Shown in pieces: positions 6,661-7,498 of a stretch of DNA of 7,498 bases. The notes beneath the pieces were generated by a model. The model ran no database searches and was not told where the DNA came from. It saw nothing but the letters and a program-made list of their open reading frames with translations. The DNA is taken from positions 28,653 to 36,150 of the forward strand of contig BCKQ01000020.1 of assembly GCA_001600695.1 (NCBI GenBank), given 5' to 3'. This stretch comes from Ascoidea asiatica JCM 7603. Taxonomy: Eukaryota > Fungi > Ascomycota. The position numbers and the translations under genes are program-made. Numbering within the stretch: the stretch's first letter is position 1; each line of letters begins with the position of its first letter.

Positions 6661-7322
6661 GGCAGCTTTTCATCGAATAACATAAAGAATTTTATGGAAT
6701 TAGATCTTAAATTAGTAAATTCAATGAATTGAAATGATAAATTCAAAAGAAAAAAACAGCTTCAAGTATTTAATAATTGAATTGAATTTTCTGGTGATAG
6801 TTTAATATATTTTATCATTATAAGCTCATATGGTGTTGAATCATATTTGAATATAATTTAAAGCAGCAATCAGAGATAAGACATTTCTAAATTTACTTAT
6901 TAAATGAAATTATTTGGGAAAAAATAACCTAAGATAAATATGAAATTGATGTAAAAGATAAAAGATTATGTTAAGAAATTGATATGCTATTTAATGAAAT
7001 GCAAAGCTGTCATTCGAGTATATATCATAAATAATATATTGACTTGAATTGAATTGGTTGGTATTCTCTGATAGTTATTTGAAAAAGTTTACCTTTCATT
7101 GTTTTAGGAATTATTTTATACTTAAAATAGTGATATTAGATTGTATAATTGTATTAGCTATAGCTTAAATTATGATATAAGAAGCAATGATTATTGTTAT
7201 TCGAATTACCAATCTGAAATAGAATTAATTATAAATAAAATATAATTGTTGGATTTTTAATTTAATTTAGGGATATAACAAAGATAAATTTTATGCTAAT
7301 TGATGAAGCTTTAAGAATTAAA
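6661..7322 (+). pseudogene. Heavily decayed RNase III domain + dsRNA-binding domain gene (Rnt1/budding-yeast Dcr1 family)
   Basis: One frame from 6661 gives, in the expected order: NN*IEFSGDS (6772-6801; cf. NERLEFLGDS), ESYLNII*SS (6838-6867; cf. EGxLS), CKAVIRVYIIN (7000-7032; cf. FEAYIG), NSDIRLYNCISY (7126-7161; cf. NAKxxLYxLIGY) and QSEIELIINKI*LLD (7210-7254). After a frameshift comes RDITKINFMLIDEALRIK (7269-7322; cf. RNIKxAxxxAAENALRDK). There are 14 stops in 200 codons. Confidence 0.62.
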
Positions 7323-7498
7323 TTATACTTGAAGTTAGAATTCAATATCATAATAGAAGAAATGATAGTCATTGTTATTTTAATCATAAGAATCAAATGT
7401 GAGCAGATAAATTAATATTGAAAGAAGTATAAATATTGGAATCTTTAATTAATTCAGGAAAATCTTAACCATAAATTAAGAATTAAACATGTTCTAGT

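Noticed and set aside
6660-6720. Intron 3' end (TACTAAT...AAG on the - strand) making the SLH1 piece an exon
   Set aside because: Homology breakpoints do not coincide with AG/GT, there is no donor after ATST, and no other SLH1 sequence lies in the window.
1-7498. tRNA, rRNA, snoRNA, CRISPR array or transposon genes
   Set aside because: No cloverleaf, rRNA signature, convincing C/D pair, repeat-spacer array or transposase/RT motif was seen by eye; a covariance-model scan was not possible.

Overview
Very AT-rich, intron-poor eukaryotic DNA, most likely from a budding yeast (Saccharomycotina); the species cannot be determined from the window. There is one convincing intact gene, a 777-aa fungal cohesin-loader subunit (SCC4/Ssl3/MAU2 family, 2124-4457 +). 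Its GC-richer upstream island carries two Rpn4/PACE-type sites. The window probably starts with the last 30 codons of an upstream gene. The rest looks like a patchwork of gene debris. (i) A sharply bounded, frame-intact ~670-bp internal fragment of SLH1 (Ski2-like RQT helicase, C-terminal cassette) lies at 5990-6659 on the - strand. (ii) Directly to its right, absent from the ORF track, is a heavily decayed + strand RNase III domain plus dsRBD of the Rnt1/budding-yeast Dicer type (~6661-7322). A possible N-terminal remnant (~5640-5860) and an orphan PAC-containing promoter (~5070-5215) lie to the left, so the SLH1 piece may have inserted antisense into a dead RNase III gene. (iii) A second apparent antisense coding insert lies at ~1393-1620. 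Protein comparisons were made by eye against family sequences recalled from memory and need confirmation by profile search.
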